From the NCBI GenBank assembly GCA_964016885.1, contig OZ024749.1, forward strand, positions 26,846,001-26,910,000: a stretch of 64,000 nucleotides of DNA, given 5' to 3'. The notes beneath the pieces are model-generated. The model was given only the letters and a program-made list of their open reading frames with translations, was not told where the DNA came from and did no database searches. Shown piece after piece: positions 39,227 to 52,860 of the stretch (positions within the stretch are counted from its first letter, which is position 1; each line of letters opens with the position of its first letter). Source of the DNA: Eledone cirrhosa. Lineage: Eukaryota. The position numbers and the translations under genes were made by a program.

Positions 39227-39926
39227 TATATATATATATATATAAATGTGTGTGCATGTTAGGAGTGGTAATGGTCGTGGCGTTGACCGTAGTGCTAGTG
39301 GTAGTAATGGTGGTGTCGTAGTAGTGGTGCTAATGGAGGGATGATGGTGGTTGTAGTGGCGGTAGTGGTGGTAGTGGTAGTGGCGGAAGTGGAGGTAGGG
39401 ATGGTGATGGGGGGGGGGGGGGGGTAGGTGAGGTAGGGACGGCGGCAGTGGGGGTGGTAGGTGAGGTAGGGATGGTGGCGGTAGTGATGGTGGCGGTAGT
39501 GATAGTGGTGGTAGTGTAGGGATTTTTCGTCTCAAACTACAATTGTTAAAAATAATTGGAGGAAAAACAAAAAAAAAGGTTAAAAGCTGCTGTAAGATCA
39601 GTGAATTCTGTAAACTTCTGTTACCATGGTGATATCAGTTATTGATCAGGTTCATTGAATATTAACAACACTCATCAAACAGCTATTTATAAGTCTATTT
39701 TCAATTTGTTCAATAAATTATATGCTAGAGCCTGTTATTTTTTCTCCTGTGGGTGATATATGTGGGTAGGAAAGGGGTTATAAAGTGCTTGTTGCTGTTG
39801 CTGTTGTTGTTGTTGTTGTATTCCCCTGGTTTCCTTGATATTATAATCAGAGAATGTAGGTTTAAACGGCATGAAAGATATAGGATATCATATGTATATT
39901 GTTTGTGTATACATATATATATATAT

Positions 39927-41050
39927 ATATGAAAAAGTGAGTCCTTCATCAGTGACCCTCCAACCGTCCTCGGCATTTCATCGCTTTAAGGGCCATATGC
40001 CTCAGGTTGGTGCGAACAACTGCTAAAAAAAGTCGTTGGGACACGTAAACAAAGGGGGACGCTAGAGTAACAACAAAAAAGTTTAAGCAACGGAAAGTGA
40101 GTAGAAATAGACAAGTCCCAGATCTCTATGAATATAAACTCTGTGAAATCGTGAACAAGAGACGAAAGACCATCAAACCTGGTTGAAATGTGAGCAAGGA
40201 AAGAATTTCGCCCAAGTTTGACGGGGGGGAAAAAAGAGAGAGAGAGAAAGGAGAGAAGAGGAAGAAGAAGAAGAAGAAGAAGAAGAAGAAGATAAAGGGG
40301 TCTGGTCTACGAATTCGGTAAACGCAAGTTTTGTGAAGTCGCAGACGAAAGAGAGAGAGAAAAAAATTCCATACCAGCTCGGTCAAGACCGCGCGAGAAA
40401 AGAATTACACACAGGTCAAACTTGAAGGAGGAGGAGGAAAGAGGAGGAGGAGAGGTAGTGACAGAGAATAGCAGTCCCCCTCTCTGTTACCCTCTCCTCA
40501 ACTTTCACTCACTCATTCTCTGTCACTACCTCTCCTCCTCCTCTTTCCTCCTCCTCCTTCAAGTTTGACCTGTGTGTAATTCTTTTCTCGCGCGGTCTTG
40601 ACCGAGCTGGTATGGAATTTTTTTCTCTCTCTCTTTCGTCTGCGACTTCACAAAACTTGCGTTTACCGAATTCGTAGACCAGACCCCTTTATCTTCTTCT
40701 TCTTCTTCTTCTTCTTCCTCTTCTCTCCTTTCTCTCTCTCTCTTTTTTCCCCCCCGTCAAACTTGGGCGAAATTCTTTCCTTGCTCACATTTCTACCAGG
40801 TTTGATGGTCTTTCGTCTCTTGTTCACGATTTCACAGAGTTTATATTCATAGAGATCTGGGACTTGTCTATTTCTACTCACTTTCCGTTGCTTAAACTTT
40901 TTTGTTGTTACTCTAGCGTCCCCTTTATTTACGTGTCCCAACGACTTTTTTTAGCCGTTGTTCGCACCAACCTGAGGCATATGGCCCTTAAAGCGATGAA
41001 ATGCCGAGGACGGTTGGAGGGTCACTGATGAAGGACTCACTTTTTCATAT
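39927..41050. repeat. ~1.1-kb palindrome: arms 39927-40469 and 40515-41050, 45-bp spacer
   Basis: Arms are reverse complements apart from about 3 substitutions and the (GAA)n length. Confidence 0.97.
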
Positions 41051-41142
41051 GTATCCCATTTGCAACGCCGCAGCTCCATTATTATATATATATATAACAT
41101 TTAGAAAGCCATAACTATGCAAAAACATGTATATATATATAT

Positions 41143-41189
<47 letters not shown>

Positions 41190-41419
41190 TATATGCATAT
41201 ATATATGTACATGCACACACACACACATATATATATATGTATATATATATACACACACACACACAAACATATAGACACACAAACATATATATATACATAT
41301 ATATACACATATATTTATATATATATATATATATATACATATATATATACACATATATTTATATACATATATATACACACACACACACACATACATATAT
41401 ATATATATGTATATATATA

Positions 41420-41752
41420 ATCATCATCATCATTTTACGTCCACTTTTCCCTGCTTGCAAGGGTGGGACGGGAACTGATTCTGGCTTGATTTCTACAGCT
41501 GGATGCCCTTCCTAACACCAATCTCATTTACAGTGAGTGCTGGGTGCTTTTTTGCCGTGGCACCTCCATGACCACTTTGCAGTGGAATGATAGGGACCCC
41601 CAGTCCTATCATCTCATTTCTACAGCTGAGTAAACTGGAGCAATGTGAAATAAAGTGACTTGCTCAAGAAAACAACACATCACCCGGTCTGAGAATTGAA
41701 CTCACAACCTTTCGATTGCAAGGCCAATGCTCTAACCACTAAGCCATGCGCC
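41420..41752 (-). mobile_element. SINE family B
   Basis: Matches 38921-39226. Confidence 0.9.
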
Positions 41753-41794
41753 TCCTATGTGTGTGTATATATAAATATATATATATATATATGT

Positions 41795-41985
41795 ATACTT
41801 GGGGAGGGTCATATTTGTGTAATATTGCCAGAATTAATAACAGAACACACTCACTGTTTGGTTGGTTTTCGCTTCTCGCTTCTGAGTCTTTTATATCGGT
41901 AATCTAACTTACTCGGTCCTCAATGTTGCCATTGACTGACCGACGGTAAAAAATAATACAGATACAATATAGACACAAACACATA
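41795..41985 (-). mobile_element. Fragment of the Penelope-associated tail family
   Basis: Reverse complement of about 3645-3830. Confidence 0.8.
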
Positions 41986-42024
41986 TATATAGTTTATAGT
42001 TTATTATATATAGTTTTATATATG

Positions 42025-42055
<31 letters not shown>

Positions 42056-42146
42056 ATATATATATATGTATATAAATATATGTGTATATATATATGTATA
42101 TATATATGTATATAAATATATGTGTATATATATGTATATATATATG

Positions 42147-42181
<35 letters not shown>

Positions 42182-42266
42182 GTGTGTGTCTATATATATG
42201 TGTGTGTGTGTGTATATATATATACATATATATATATGTGTGTGTGTGTGCGTGTACATATATATA

Positions 42267-42304
<38 letters not shown>

Positions 42305-42389
42305 CATGTTTTTGCATAGTTATGGCTTTCTAAATGTTATATATATATATTTTTCTCTAAATATATATATATATATATATATATATTTT

Positions 42390-45300
42390 TCTCTATCCAA
42401 CGCTCAATTTCGTACATAGTCCAAACATCCAATCTCGCAAAATCCGAAATCTGTATTTTTTGTTATCTATTTAAGGTTTAAATACGGTGTTTTTGTCGTA
42501 TTGAACAGAACAAATCTTGCAGTTTTGCTTTTTGTTAAATCGCTTGTTAAACATTCATAACCTTCCAGCTAGCTACCCCTAACCCCTCCCACCCGCCCCC
42601 ACACACCACCATTCTTAATACGTGGACCAATCATAAGCCAGAGCCCCTCCCCCCCCCACGCATCACCATTATTATTATAAGCCAGAGGCCCCCCCCCCCA
42701 CGCATCACCATTATTATTATTACGCGGACCAATCGTAAGCCAGAGGCCTATACTATCGCTTGCCCGGTTGCCTTCGATATATGATGGATGGATGGATGGA
42801 CGGACTGCGGAATCCTGGAGAGTGGAAGGGAGAGAAAAATCTGGACGCTCAGAGCGAAAATGCCAAAGTTAAAGTCAAATTCACCTCGTGGACGAGAATG
42901 CGAGCACTCCTCTTTGTTTCGTCCGCGGATGGCTAACATAACCCTATCTCCCCCCGCCCCCCACCACCCCCACCCTCCAAACGCAACCCCAAACTTCAGA
43001 GTTGGTACCATAAATGTAGGTACCCTAAAGGGTCGCGCTAACGAGGTTGTAGAAATGCTTGAACGTAAGGAGGTCGATGTTTGTTGTATTCAAGAGACCA
43101 GGTGGAGGGGTGGGTCTGCTAGATTCATTGAGGGTAAAAAACGATGTTATAAGCTTTTCTGGGTGGGCAACGACGATGGGCTGGGTGGAGTAGGAATCAT
43201 GGTAGCAGAAAAGTGGGCAGATAAGATAATAGACGTAAATAGAGTGAACGACAGAATAATTAAAATACGACTTGTCCTCAATAGAACTACGGTGACAGTA
43301 ATATCTGCGTACGCACCCCAATCCGGACTGCCCGGCACTATAAAAGACAGATTCTATGAGACACTGTTGCTAACTACCTCCCAAATATCTGACAGTGACT
43401 ATATAATTATTGCAGGCGACCTAAATGGTCACGTTGGACAACATTGTGACGGCTACGACGAAATCCATGGAGGCTATGGGTTTGGTACTAGAAATGAGGA
43501 AGGCTCCAGAATCCTGGAATTCTGTGATGCAAATAACCTAACTATCTGTAACACTAACTTCAAAAAACGTGACAATCACCTGATCACCTATAGATCCGGG
43601 GAACACACAAGCCAGGTAGATTATATCCTTACCAAAAGACGTGACAGAGTGTCTGTTGTAAACACTAAATCCCTCCCCCATGAAGAATGCACCTCCCAAC
43701 ATAGACTGATAATTAGCGACCTCATAGTCAGGACGAGACGTACTCGACAGCAGAAGAGGACTATCCTCAGGAGGAAAATATGGAAACTAAAGGACCCCAC
43801 AGCCAGAAATAAATTTCAAAGCATATTACTTGATGCTTTCGACAGTAAGGAAGAGCATCTAGAATCGGACAATATAGAGGGACAGTGGGAATTTCTGAAA
43901 GCAAACCTGCTGTTGGCGACAGACGAAGTCTGTGGCTGGAGCAGGCCTGTAGGCAGGAGAGTAACATGGTGGTGGAACAGTAGGGTGGAGGGGTCAATTA
44001 AGGCCAAAAAGCAGGCTTGGAAAGTATGGCGGGATGGGGGAAGTAGAGTAGACTATCAAGTGGCCAGGAGGGAAGCTAGGAGAGAAGTGTACTTAGCAAG
44101 AAGGGAAGCTGAGGAAAGAAAGTTCAAGCATGTTCTACAACGCGATGACCAAAAACGTGAGGTGTTCAGGATTGCTAGGCAATGCGTCAAGGAAAACCGT
44201 GATATTGTCGGGGAGAAGTGTGTACTTAACGATGATGGCATACTTGCCATCACCGACACTGATAAGAAGGTAGCTTGGAAGTGTCACTATGAAAGGCTAC
44301 TAAATGAGGAGAACAAATGGGAGAAAGACAGTCTCCCCCATATCGACCCAATAGAGGGACCAGCAGTGTTAGTCGAGGGGAGTATAATAAGTAAGGCAAT
44401 CAAGGATATGAAGACGAGTAAGGCGGCTGGGCCTTCGGAAATAGTTGCTGAGATGCTGAAGGCATCTGGCACGGTGGGACACACCATGGTCACCCGCATA
44501 GTTAACCAAGTCGTACAGAATGGGGTTGTTCCGAACGACTGGCATAGCAGCATCATCGTTAACTGTTATAAGGGTAAAGGAGACGCCCTAGATAGGAGTA
44601 ACTATAGAGGCATTAAATTAATCGACCAGGTCATGAAGGTCACGGAAAAAGTAATAGCGCAACTAATCAGAGAGAGAATTGACCTAGATGAAATGCAGTT
44701 CGGGTTTGTGTCGGGCAAAAGCACCACAGACGCTCTTTTCATTGTACGACAACTACAGGAGAAGTACCTAGCTAAAAGTAAACCCCTATACTTAGCTTTT
44801 GTTGACTTGGAGAAAGCCTTCGACAGAGTCCCCCGTTCCATTATCTGGTGGGCTCTTAGAAAACTAGGTGTTGACAAATAGCTTGTGAGAGCTATACAAG
44901 CCATGTATAAAGAAACAGTCAGCAAGGTTAGAATTAACAACGAATATAGTGAAGAGTTTAGCGTAAAAGTTGGCGTCCATCAGGGCTCTGTTCTCAGCCC
45001 CCTACTATTTATTATTGCCCTTCAGGCTATAACAGAGGAGTTCAAGACAGGCTGCCCATGGGAACTCCTATACGCAGACGACCTGACACTCATAGCGGAA
45101 TCAATGGCCGAGCTAGAGAAGAAATTCCAAACATGGAAGCACGGCTTAGAGTCAAAAGGACTTAAAATTAACCTGGCTAAGACCAAAGTTCTAGTTTGTA
45201 GGAAAGAAAACAAGGCGGCGGTCCCTTCTGGGAAATGGTCGTGCTCGGTGTGTAGGAAAGGCGTAGGTAGAAACTCCATTTTATGTCCTAAATGCAAAGT

Positions 45301-46390
45301 ATGGGTGCATAAAAGATGTAGTGGGATCACAGGTAAGCTAACTAAGAACATAGATTTTACATGTGGCCGGTGTTCTGGTGCAATTAGTAGCAACAAGTGC
45401 CCACATAATACTAGCTCTTTCAATTGCGCAGAGGGTTCTATAGAAATAGTGGACAGCTTCCGTTACCTGGGCGATAAAATCAGCAGTGGGGGAGGGTGCT
45501 CTGAAAGTACTGTAGCTAGAGTCAGAACTGGTTGGAAAAAGTTCAGAGAGCTTATACCACTATTAGCTGCTAAAGGGTTCTCCCTAAAAATGAAAGGCAG
45601 GTTGTACGATGCCTGCATACGAACAGCAATGTTGCATGGTAGTGAGACCTGGGCATTGTGTGCAGAGGATATACGCAGACTAGAGAGGAACGAAGCTTGC
45701 ATGCTCCGCTGGATGTGTAACAGTAATATACGTGAACGGCAAAGCATAAACGAACTAAGGAAAAAATTAGAGATAAGAGGGATCAGATGTTGTTTACTCG
45801 AGAGAAGGCTGCGTTGGTATGGACACGTGATGCGCATGAAAGTCGATAGCTGTATAACAAAGTGCAGGGCAATGAAGATAGACGGTAGCCACGGAATAGG
45901 CAGACCTAGAAAAACCTGGGATGAGCTGATAAACTCCGACCTCACACACTTACACCTCTCCAAGACAATGTCACTGGACCGAGACCTTTGGCGGTACTCA
46001 GTAACAGAGAAGACCCGCCTTGCCAGTAGGCATCTCTAACAAAATACACCCCGTCCCGCCACCACCCCATCCACACCACCCCGTTCTATGTAAAGTTATG
46101 TTGGTGCCGCGCCATCCAGGCCGAAACAAATGAGATCGTGTAGGTGTCACGACAAAAAAACACACAGTCCACGCTGTAATGTGGCCGTGTAGGCAACACG
46201 GTAAAAACCTCCCAGACCCACACTGTAAATGTGGTTGGTGTTAGGAAGGGCATCCAGCTGTAGACAACCTGCCAGACAGTCCTATGCGAGCAAGACAATC
46301 ACTCTTGCCTCAAGTGGGACTACCCCCGTCCAAACCCATGCAAGCATGGAACACGGACGTTAAACGTTGATGATGATGATGATGATGATG
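42390..46390 (+). mobile_element. Near full-length RTE-clade LINE (APE, RT, PHD-like finger) with one in-frame stop
   Basis: GTINVGTL..CIQETRW..SAYAPQ..AGDLNGHVG..VDYI..SQHR; RT LLYADD; ORFs 42788-44881 and 44885-46039 are in frame across one TAG; (ATG)n tail; 5' boundary approximate. Confidence 0.97.
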
Positions 46391-46502
46391 ATATATATTG
46401 TTATACTTGGGGAGAGTCATATTGTTGTAATAATATTGCCAGAATTAATAACAGAACACACTTATTGTTTGGTTGGTTTTCGCTTCTGTATCTTTTATAT
46501 AT

Positions 46503-46536
<34 letters not shown>

Positions 46537-46829
46537 GTGTGTATATATAAAAGATATAGAAGCGAAAACCAACCAAACAATAAGTGTGTTCTGTTATTAA
46601 TTCTGGCAATATTATTACAACAATATGACTCTCCCCAAGTATAACAATATATATATATATATATATATCTATCATCATCGTCGTCGTCGTCGTTTAACGT
46701 CCATATTCCACGCTTGCATGGGTTTGGACGGGAGTTTTCCCACTTGAGGCAAGAGTGGTTGTCTTGCTCGCATAGGACTGTCTGGCAGGTTGTCTACAGC
46801 TGGATGCCCTTCCTAACACCAACCACATT
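46228..46829. repeat. Nested palindrome: inner arms 46393-46508 and 46536-46650, outer arms formed by opposed RTE 3' UTRs
   Basis: Inner arms are near-perfect reverse complements of the Penelope-associated tail family. Confidence 0.92.
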
Positions 46830-47224
46830 TATATATAACATTCAGAAAGCCATAACTATGCAAAAGCACCGGCAGCTGTCGCCACCTGGCGGTGTGCAGC
46901 AGAAGTAAGGGGGACAATCGTCGATGCATTTGAACTGAACTGGTTCTCCTCAGGACGGCCCTTCCCATCCCATTGTTGCGACTGCTGAACAAATACTACA
47001 AATCCATCTAAATAACTTTATAATAACTCTTCCAATTCACCACCTTATTCAGAAAGAGTAACTACTTGTAAAAATAGTCTTGTGCTCGACATTCAAATAT
47101 TCAAATTTATTCAAATCTACAAGAATATCCAGTTTCCACCAGCTTAGGGAAAACTGACATTCAATTGATTTTCAAAGTTCCAAAGGGTATGTTGGAATTT
47201 TTAATCTCATAGTCTTTTACTTAT

Positions 47225-47471
47225 TTACTGGTCTCAGTCATTAGACTGTGGCCATGCTGGGGCACCACACTCTGTTACTGGTCTCAGTCATTAGACTGTG
47301 GCCATGCTGGGGCACCACACTCTGTTACTGGTTTCAGTCATTAGACTGTGGCCATGCTGGGGCACCACACTCTGTTACTGGTTTCAGTCATTAGACTGTG
47401 GCCATGCTGGGGCACCACACTCTGTTACTGGTTTCAGTCATTAGACTGTGGCCATGCTGGGGCACCACACT
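47225..47471. repeat. 50-bp minisatellite, 5 copies, derived from a SINE tail
   Basis: ttactggt(c/t)tcagtcattagactgtggccatgctggggcaccacactctg; reverse complement resembles 15515-15560. Confidence 0.95.
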
Positions 47472-48744
47472 GGGGAAAAGAGGTTTTAAAAAAGATTTAT
47501 CGCTTGTTGTTGAATAAATGTATGTTGCTTTTGAATAATTGTCGTTTCGTATGAAATGTAATAATTGTTTCTACTTTTTTGGCACAAGGCCAGCAATAAC
47601 CCAGTACATTACTGGTACTTTATGTAATAATAAACGTTCTCTATCTCTCTCCCTCTCACTCTCTTCTCTCTCTCTCTTCGGCAATCACGCACGTTGTCAG
47701 ATGATATGATAGAGTAAAACGGACAGTATCACCATCAAGCTTGGAAAGAGAAAGTAGCAGAAAGTATGAAGTTGTATAGATTTTGAATGGTAGTGGAAAG
47801 AGTTTAGCAGTTTAAATGACAGAGGAAAATCGTAAAATATTGAGTTTTATCTATTTTTTGCGTAATTATGGGTGAAATTGAAAAAATTAGATGTGCCAAG
47901 ACGCAATATTTCGAATACTGAATTGTAAATTTCAATTGAAGAAATTCTATATCGTAGATTTCTATAAGAAAGGAGCATGACCACACACTGTGCTTTATAG
48001 ATTATGATATCATTGTAGGCATTGACAGATTCATTAGCAGCAGTGGATAGAATGCCTAGCGATAGTTGTTCTAGTTCTCTGTGTTCTGAGTTTAAATTTC
48101 ACCAAGGTCCACTTCACTTTTCTTCTGTCTTGGGGGTCAATAAAACAACAAGCCAGTACTGGAATCGTTTCTCTTTCTCTGGAAGGAATTGGCGAAAATC
48201 AACAAAATATTGACCTCGATTATAAATGGACCCCCCCCCCCCCCCAAAAAAAAAAAAAATTTTACCTTCTGTTCTTTTGTTATTTATTTCTTGGCTTATA
48301 TACAAGTATACACGGTAAGTGTTAACTGGTTATCAAATATCACCACAACCTAACACACACATCTCTCTTCTTCTTGTCACCCATGTTGCATTCTCTCCAA
48401 CATCATAGGAATACACCCAAAGCCACTATGCCTAATCCTTTCTCCACAGACCCTCTATCCACTGTAACTTCCACCTAGCCATATCTGGAGTGGTTGAATA
48501 TCAACTACATCACATCTCCACCAGTTGGGACAGCCACTATGCCCAATCCTTTTTCCAGAGAGCATCTGTCCACTGTATATATATATATATTCATTAGTTA
48601 AGCAAAACAAAGCCACAAATTTCATAAGGAAGACATTATTAAAAGATTGTCAGCATATTTTAGTTTGATGTAAGGAATGTAGAGAATAATAATGGTATAT
48701 ATATATACCACCCACCCTTCATGTACCAAAGACATCACTGGTAT

Positions 48745-48950
48745 ATTTAGTCTACCTCTAACCGCTCTTCGCAAAGATTCAGCATGCTTTCTCCAATCGT
48801 CTAGGTCGAGCATGACATTTCTCAGTTCATCGATGTTATCAATGTTGGCATCTCTCAGCAGGGTATCAATGAATGAGTCAGCCTGTCTTCCCACGCTTCT
48901 TCGTCTGACCGCCGGTTTCCAGAGCACAAGTTGTGATGCTATCTCTTCTG
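48745..48950 (-). mobile_element. Old RTE-type LINE 3' fragment
   Basis: LWKP..RRSVGRQADSFIDTLLRD..ELRNVMLDLDDWRK. Confidence 0.65.
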
Positions 48951-49356
48951 GTATGTTTCAGTTTACTTAGTGAAACACAGGTAAAGAAGTCAAGCCCAGA
49001 ATCAATCATAATATCTTTTATATTTTTAAGCGTTTAATGTTCAAACCGACCAAAACCAGCCAGAATTCTCTACCTTTTTCTGTTGAAACTGGCTGTAACT
49101 GGTTGCTCAAACTGATGTTAAGGTATTGTTCTCAATACTTTCAAAATCTCATAGATTCGATATTATGCGAGGTAAAGCCTTTATCATGAAAATATAATAG
49201 TATATATAGAGTAATGTGAATGCTAAAGGGTTAAACAGTAAAATACAAAAAAAATGGCACCACTGGCACTCAAAGAGTTAACTCAACAATGATAAGAAAT
49301 TATACAATAATTAAAGACAAGACAAATTAAATTTGTTTCAGAGCTTTATTAAAATG

Positions 49357-49401
<45 letters not shown>

Positions 49402-49785
49402 GATGTAACTGATAACTTTTGTAATACGATTCATTAGTTATATAATGATAAATTGGTATAAATATACACACTAATATCAACTGTGACTATGTATGTATAT
49501 ATACACACATACATACACAAACGCACTAAATTCAAAGAATGACTGAAGAAATATGACCGGAATATCATATACTCACTTAAAATGAATATTCAACTCAGCA
49601 CTGAGTGTTTGTGTTTGTGTGTGTGTGTGTATATATACATATATATACTCACACACAAACATACTCATAAATGCACAAAATAGTCAACATAGTAGGCTTA
49701 TAACAAACTCAACAAAAATACATTATAAATATACACGCACAAACTCTATTTTACATACTTTTCTCTACATGTGGGTAATTGAGTG

Positions 49786-49829
<44 letters not shown>

Positions 49830-50059
49830 TAGATACACACATATAATATATATATAATCATCATAATTATCACCGTTTAATGTCCATTTTCCAAGCTAGC
49901 ATGGGTTAGACAGGTCGTCCACGTCATTTGACAAGTCTGGCCATGCTGTACCTTGCTCAGACAGAACTGTAAAATTTGGCTGGGATTTTTACAGCTGGAT
50001 GCCCTTCCTAACACCAACCACGTTTACAGTGTGAAGCTATATATATATATATATATATA

Positions 50060-50230
50060 TAATGAAGGAAGTGTGGTAAGGAACCAGATGGACCATAACG
50101 CACCAGAGTACTCAATACTTTGGGTAGTAAAGTGGATAATAGGAAAATGTTTGACCGACGGCAGAGCTCAAGCCGTTTCGACGGCTATTTCTGGACTAAA
50201 TTATCCAGAGCTCTGCGGTCGGGGTCAAAT
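50060..50230 (-). ncRNA. Degenerate hammerhead-like element (family shared with 59266-59460)
   Basis: Minus strand: tttgacc...GAAA CGGC ttgagctct GCCG TC ggtcaaa; CTGANGA box degenerate. Confidence 0.5.
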
Positions 50231-50251
50231 ATTTCGCGCACGCGCGTGTGC

Positions 50252-50356
<105 letters not shown>

Positions 50357-52084
50357 CATACACACACCACTAGCAGTATACCTACATTCATACAACTGGT
50401 ATACAAATGATATACATACAGTGAATATGATGCTGTATGTTGTTTCAATATATATTTACATACATATATATAATTTCGTGTACATATATTATGTATAAAT
50501 AAATGTGTTTAAAATTGCATACTACTGTATATGTGTGACATATACATCTTGAAAGACTTTTTTTTTAAATTTTTTTAAATTTTTTTTTTTACTGGTTTCA
50601 GGCATTAGTTTGTAGCTTTGCTGGAGCAATACCCTAAAAAATATAACGACACATAGATACCGGTAATTCTATATATTTTGGATAAAATATCCCCTTTTCA
50701 AAAAGTCTTAAGAGAAAATGAGAGATATAATTACTGTAACATGTTTGTAATTCTATTTCAAAAGTTCATTAGTTGTTATCCTATCAATGGCATTCTTAAG
50801 TCACACTTAGCTCTCAATAGTTAAGTCTACCTGGCTGTAGATAGATACAACAAGCTAGGTACAGCTTGGTTACTAAAAGGCCAATGCAACAGTAAGCTTG
50901 GGAAATTGAGTTATTGGTGCTTAGCTTAAAACAGACCAGTAATCAAGAGGTGTTTCAGCCATGACCATCCAGAATTTCTGTATACATAATACTAGATTGT
51001 TACTAGGGTGTGTGATCTCAGGGAGATTTCGCAACAATGTCTAGCAGGCCTAGCCCAAATTGGGCCACCTGTTGTTTAGCCCCAGACCAAGCTGCACTGA
51101 TAAGGCCTGTTTAAAGACATTCCAGCTTTGACCACCCCGGCTTTGGGGACATCTAAGACTACAATCAATTGTAGCTGTTATCTGAAGAAGACTTGACTAC
51201 TATGTCTAGCAGGTCTAGAGACTAAGTAGAAGCTCCTGCACTATGACTGTTTCACCAGTTGCAACTGCCCATTACTAAACTGTCTTCACAACTTTATACC
51301 AATAATGGAAAAGTGGGTAAGAGAGGTCAAATGCTGTGGCATATGGTTATGTCCCTTTATGTTCCAAGTTCAAATCCTGCCGAGGTTAGTTTTGCCTTTC
51401 ATCCCTACAGGGTCGATTAAATACCAGTAATGCACTGAGGATGATTTAATCGACTTTTCCCTTCCTTTCAAATTGCTTGCCTCATGCCAAATGTAGAATC
51501 AATTATTGGGGGAGGGGGTTGGTAGGATTGTTATAAAGTCAGATAAAATACTTTGTAGTGTTTATCTTGGCTTTATACATTCTGAGTTCACGTGTGGCCC
51601 AGAGTAGATAAAACAAGATACCAGTCAAATACTGGGGTCGATTTCATTGACAGCTCTGTGTCTAAAATTTAAACATTTAATATTACATACCAAACCGCCT
51701 GAAACCACACTTGGTTCTACAATACAAAACTGTTTATTATATATATTTATATCTAAAAACATTTCCATCACAATTTTATGTAAAAGAACCTTTGTTAAGT
51801 TATGTTCCAAACGCCACCCACCAACTTAATAATGAGAAAGTTAGTTACATTATTAAATTCTTCCAAATTTCTTGATTATTTTCAAAAATAATTTGAAAAC
51901 TATAGGCAGTGTCTTTCCTGAGAAATATGGTAAAATGAGGGAAGGGGTTAAAATTCTGATCATAAAGACATTGCAGATGAGAGAGGGAAGGGGAGGGGTC
52001 AACAGTCTCAACTGAAACACACCCCCACACCCTCGTCCACCCAGAACATCATTCAATTTCTATTTACAAAGGAAAAAAATATAT

Positions 52085-52860
52085 TTACCAAAAAAAAAAA
52101 AATAATAATAATAATAATAAAAAGCCCCGAAGATTTTAGAAAGCAATATAAATTAATTGAAACATTATAATTATAATACTAAATTTTGATTTTCTCGTTT
52201 TCCATTTTAAATAAATAGATTTTTGTTTTGTTTTGTTTTATTTTGTTTGTTTTTTTATTTGTTATTTTTTGTCAAAATTTTATTAGTTTTATTTTGATTT
52301 TTTTTTCTTCTCTTTTGTGAATTGAGTTTCATTATGGATTAAAAATAAACAGATTAACGCCACAACATCACATATGGTTAGGTTAATAGGTCAAGCAACA
52401 CAACACATGAATGGACATCACAACAGACATGAGGAACATCACATCATGAGACTGATAGAAAGAGACAAGATAACAGATATGAATGAACTTCACAACACCA
52501 CTATCAGATATCGATAGAAAGAGAAAATACAACATAGATGATGAATGAACATCATATCACCATTACATATTGATAGAAACAACATCATGGATGAGCCTCA
52601 CAACATCACCATTAGATATTGATAGAGACACACATCACAACAGACATGATGAACATCACAACATCACCATCAGCTGTGGATGTTCTAAATGTAGGTAATA
52701 TTATAGCAGTAATAATTGTTTCTACTTTTGGCACAAGGCCAGAAATTATTATCCCAGTACATTATTGGTACTTTATTTTATCGACCCCATAAGGATGAAA
52801 GGCAAGGGCCGTAACTCTATACGTCAAAGCATGGCGTCCAACCCTCTACCGATACTGCCA
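52085..52860 (+). repeat. Copy 2 of the duplication, continuing through a longer SINE family A copy (52712-52860, minus)
   Basis: Identity with 1-694. Confidence 0.95.

Noticed and set aside
39735-39872. Short minus-strand poly-Gln ORF (MPFKP..QQQ..PQEKK)
   Set aside because: About 45 codons, no clear splice acceptor, explained by a (CAA)n repeat
47225-47471. CRISPR-like regular repeats
   Set aside because: Head-to-tail units with no unique spacers, eukaryotic context, no cas genes
49543-49572. CTGAAGA with an ATATGA/TCATAT hairpin; similar partial boxes near 15236, 16500 and 60905
   Set aside because: GAAA or the CTGANGA box missing; too degenerate to count
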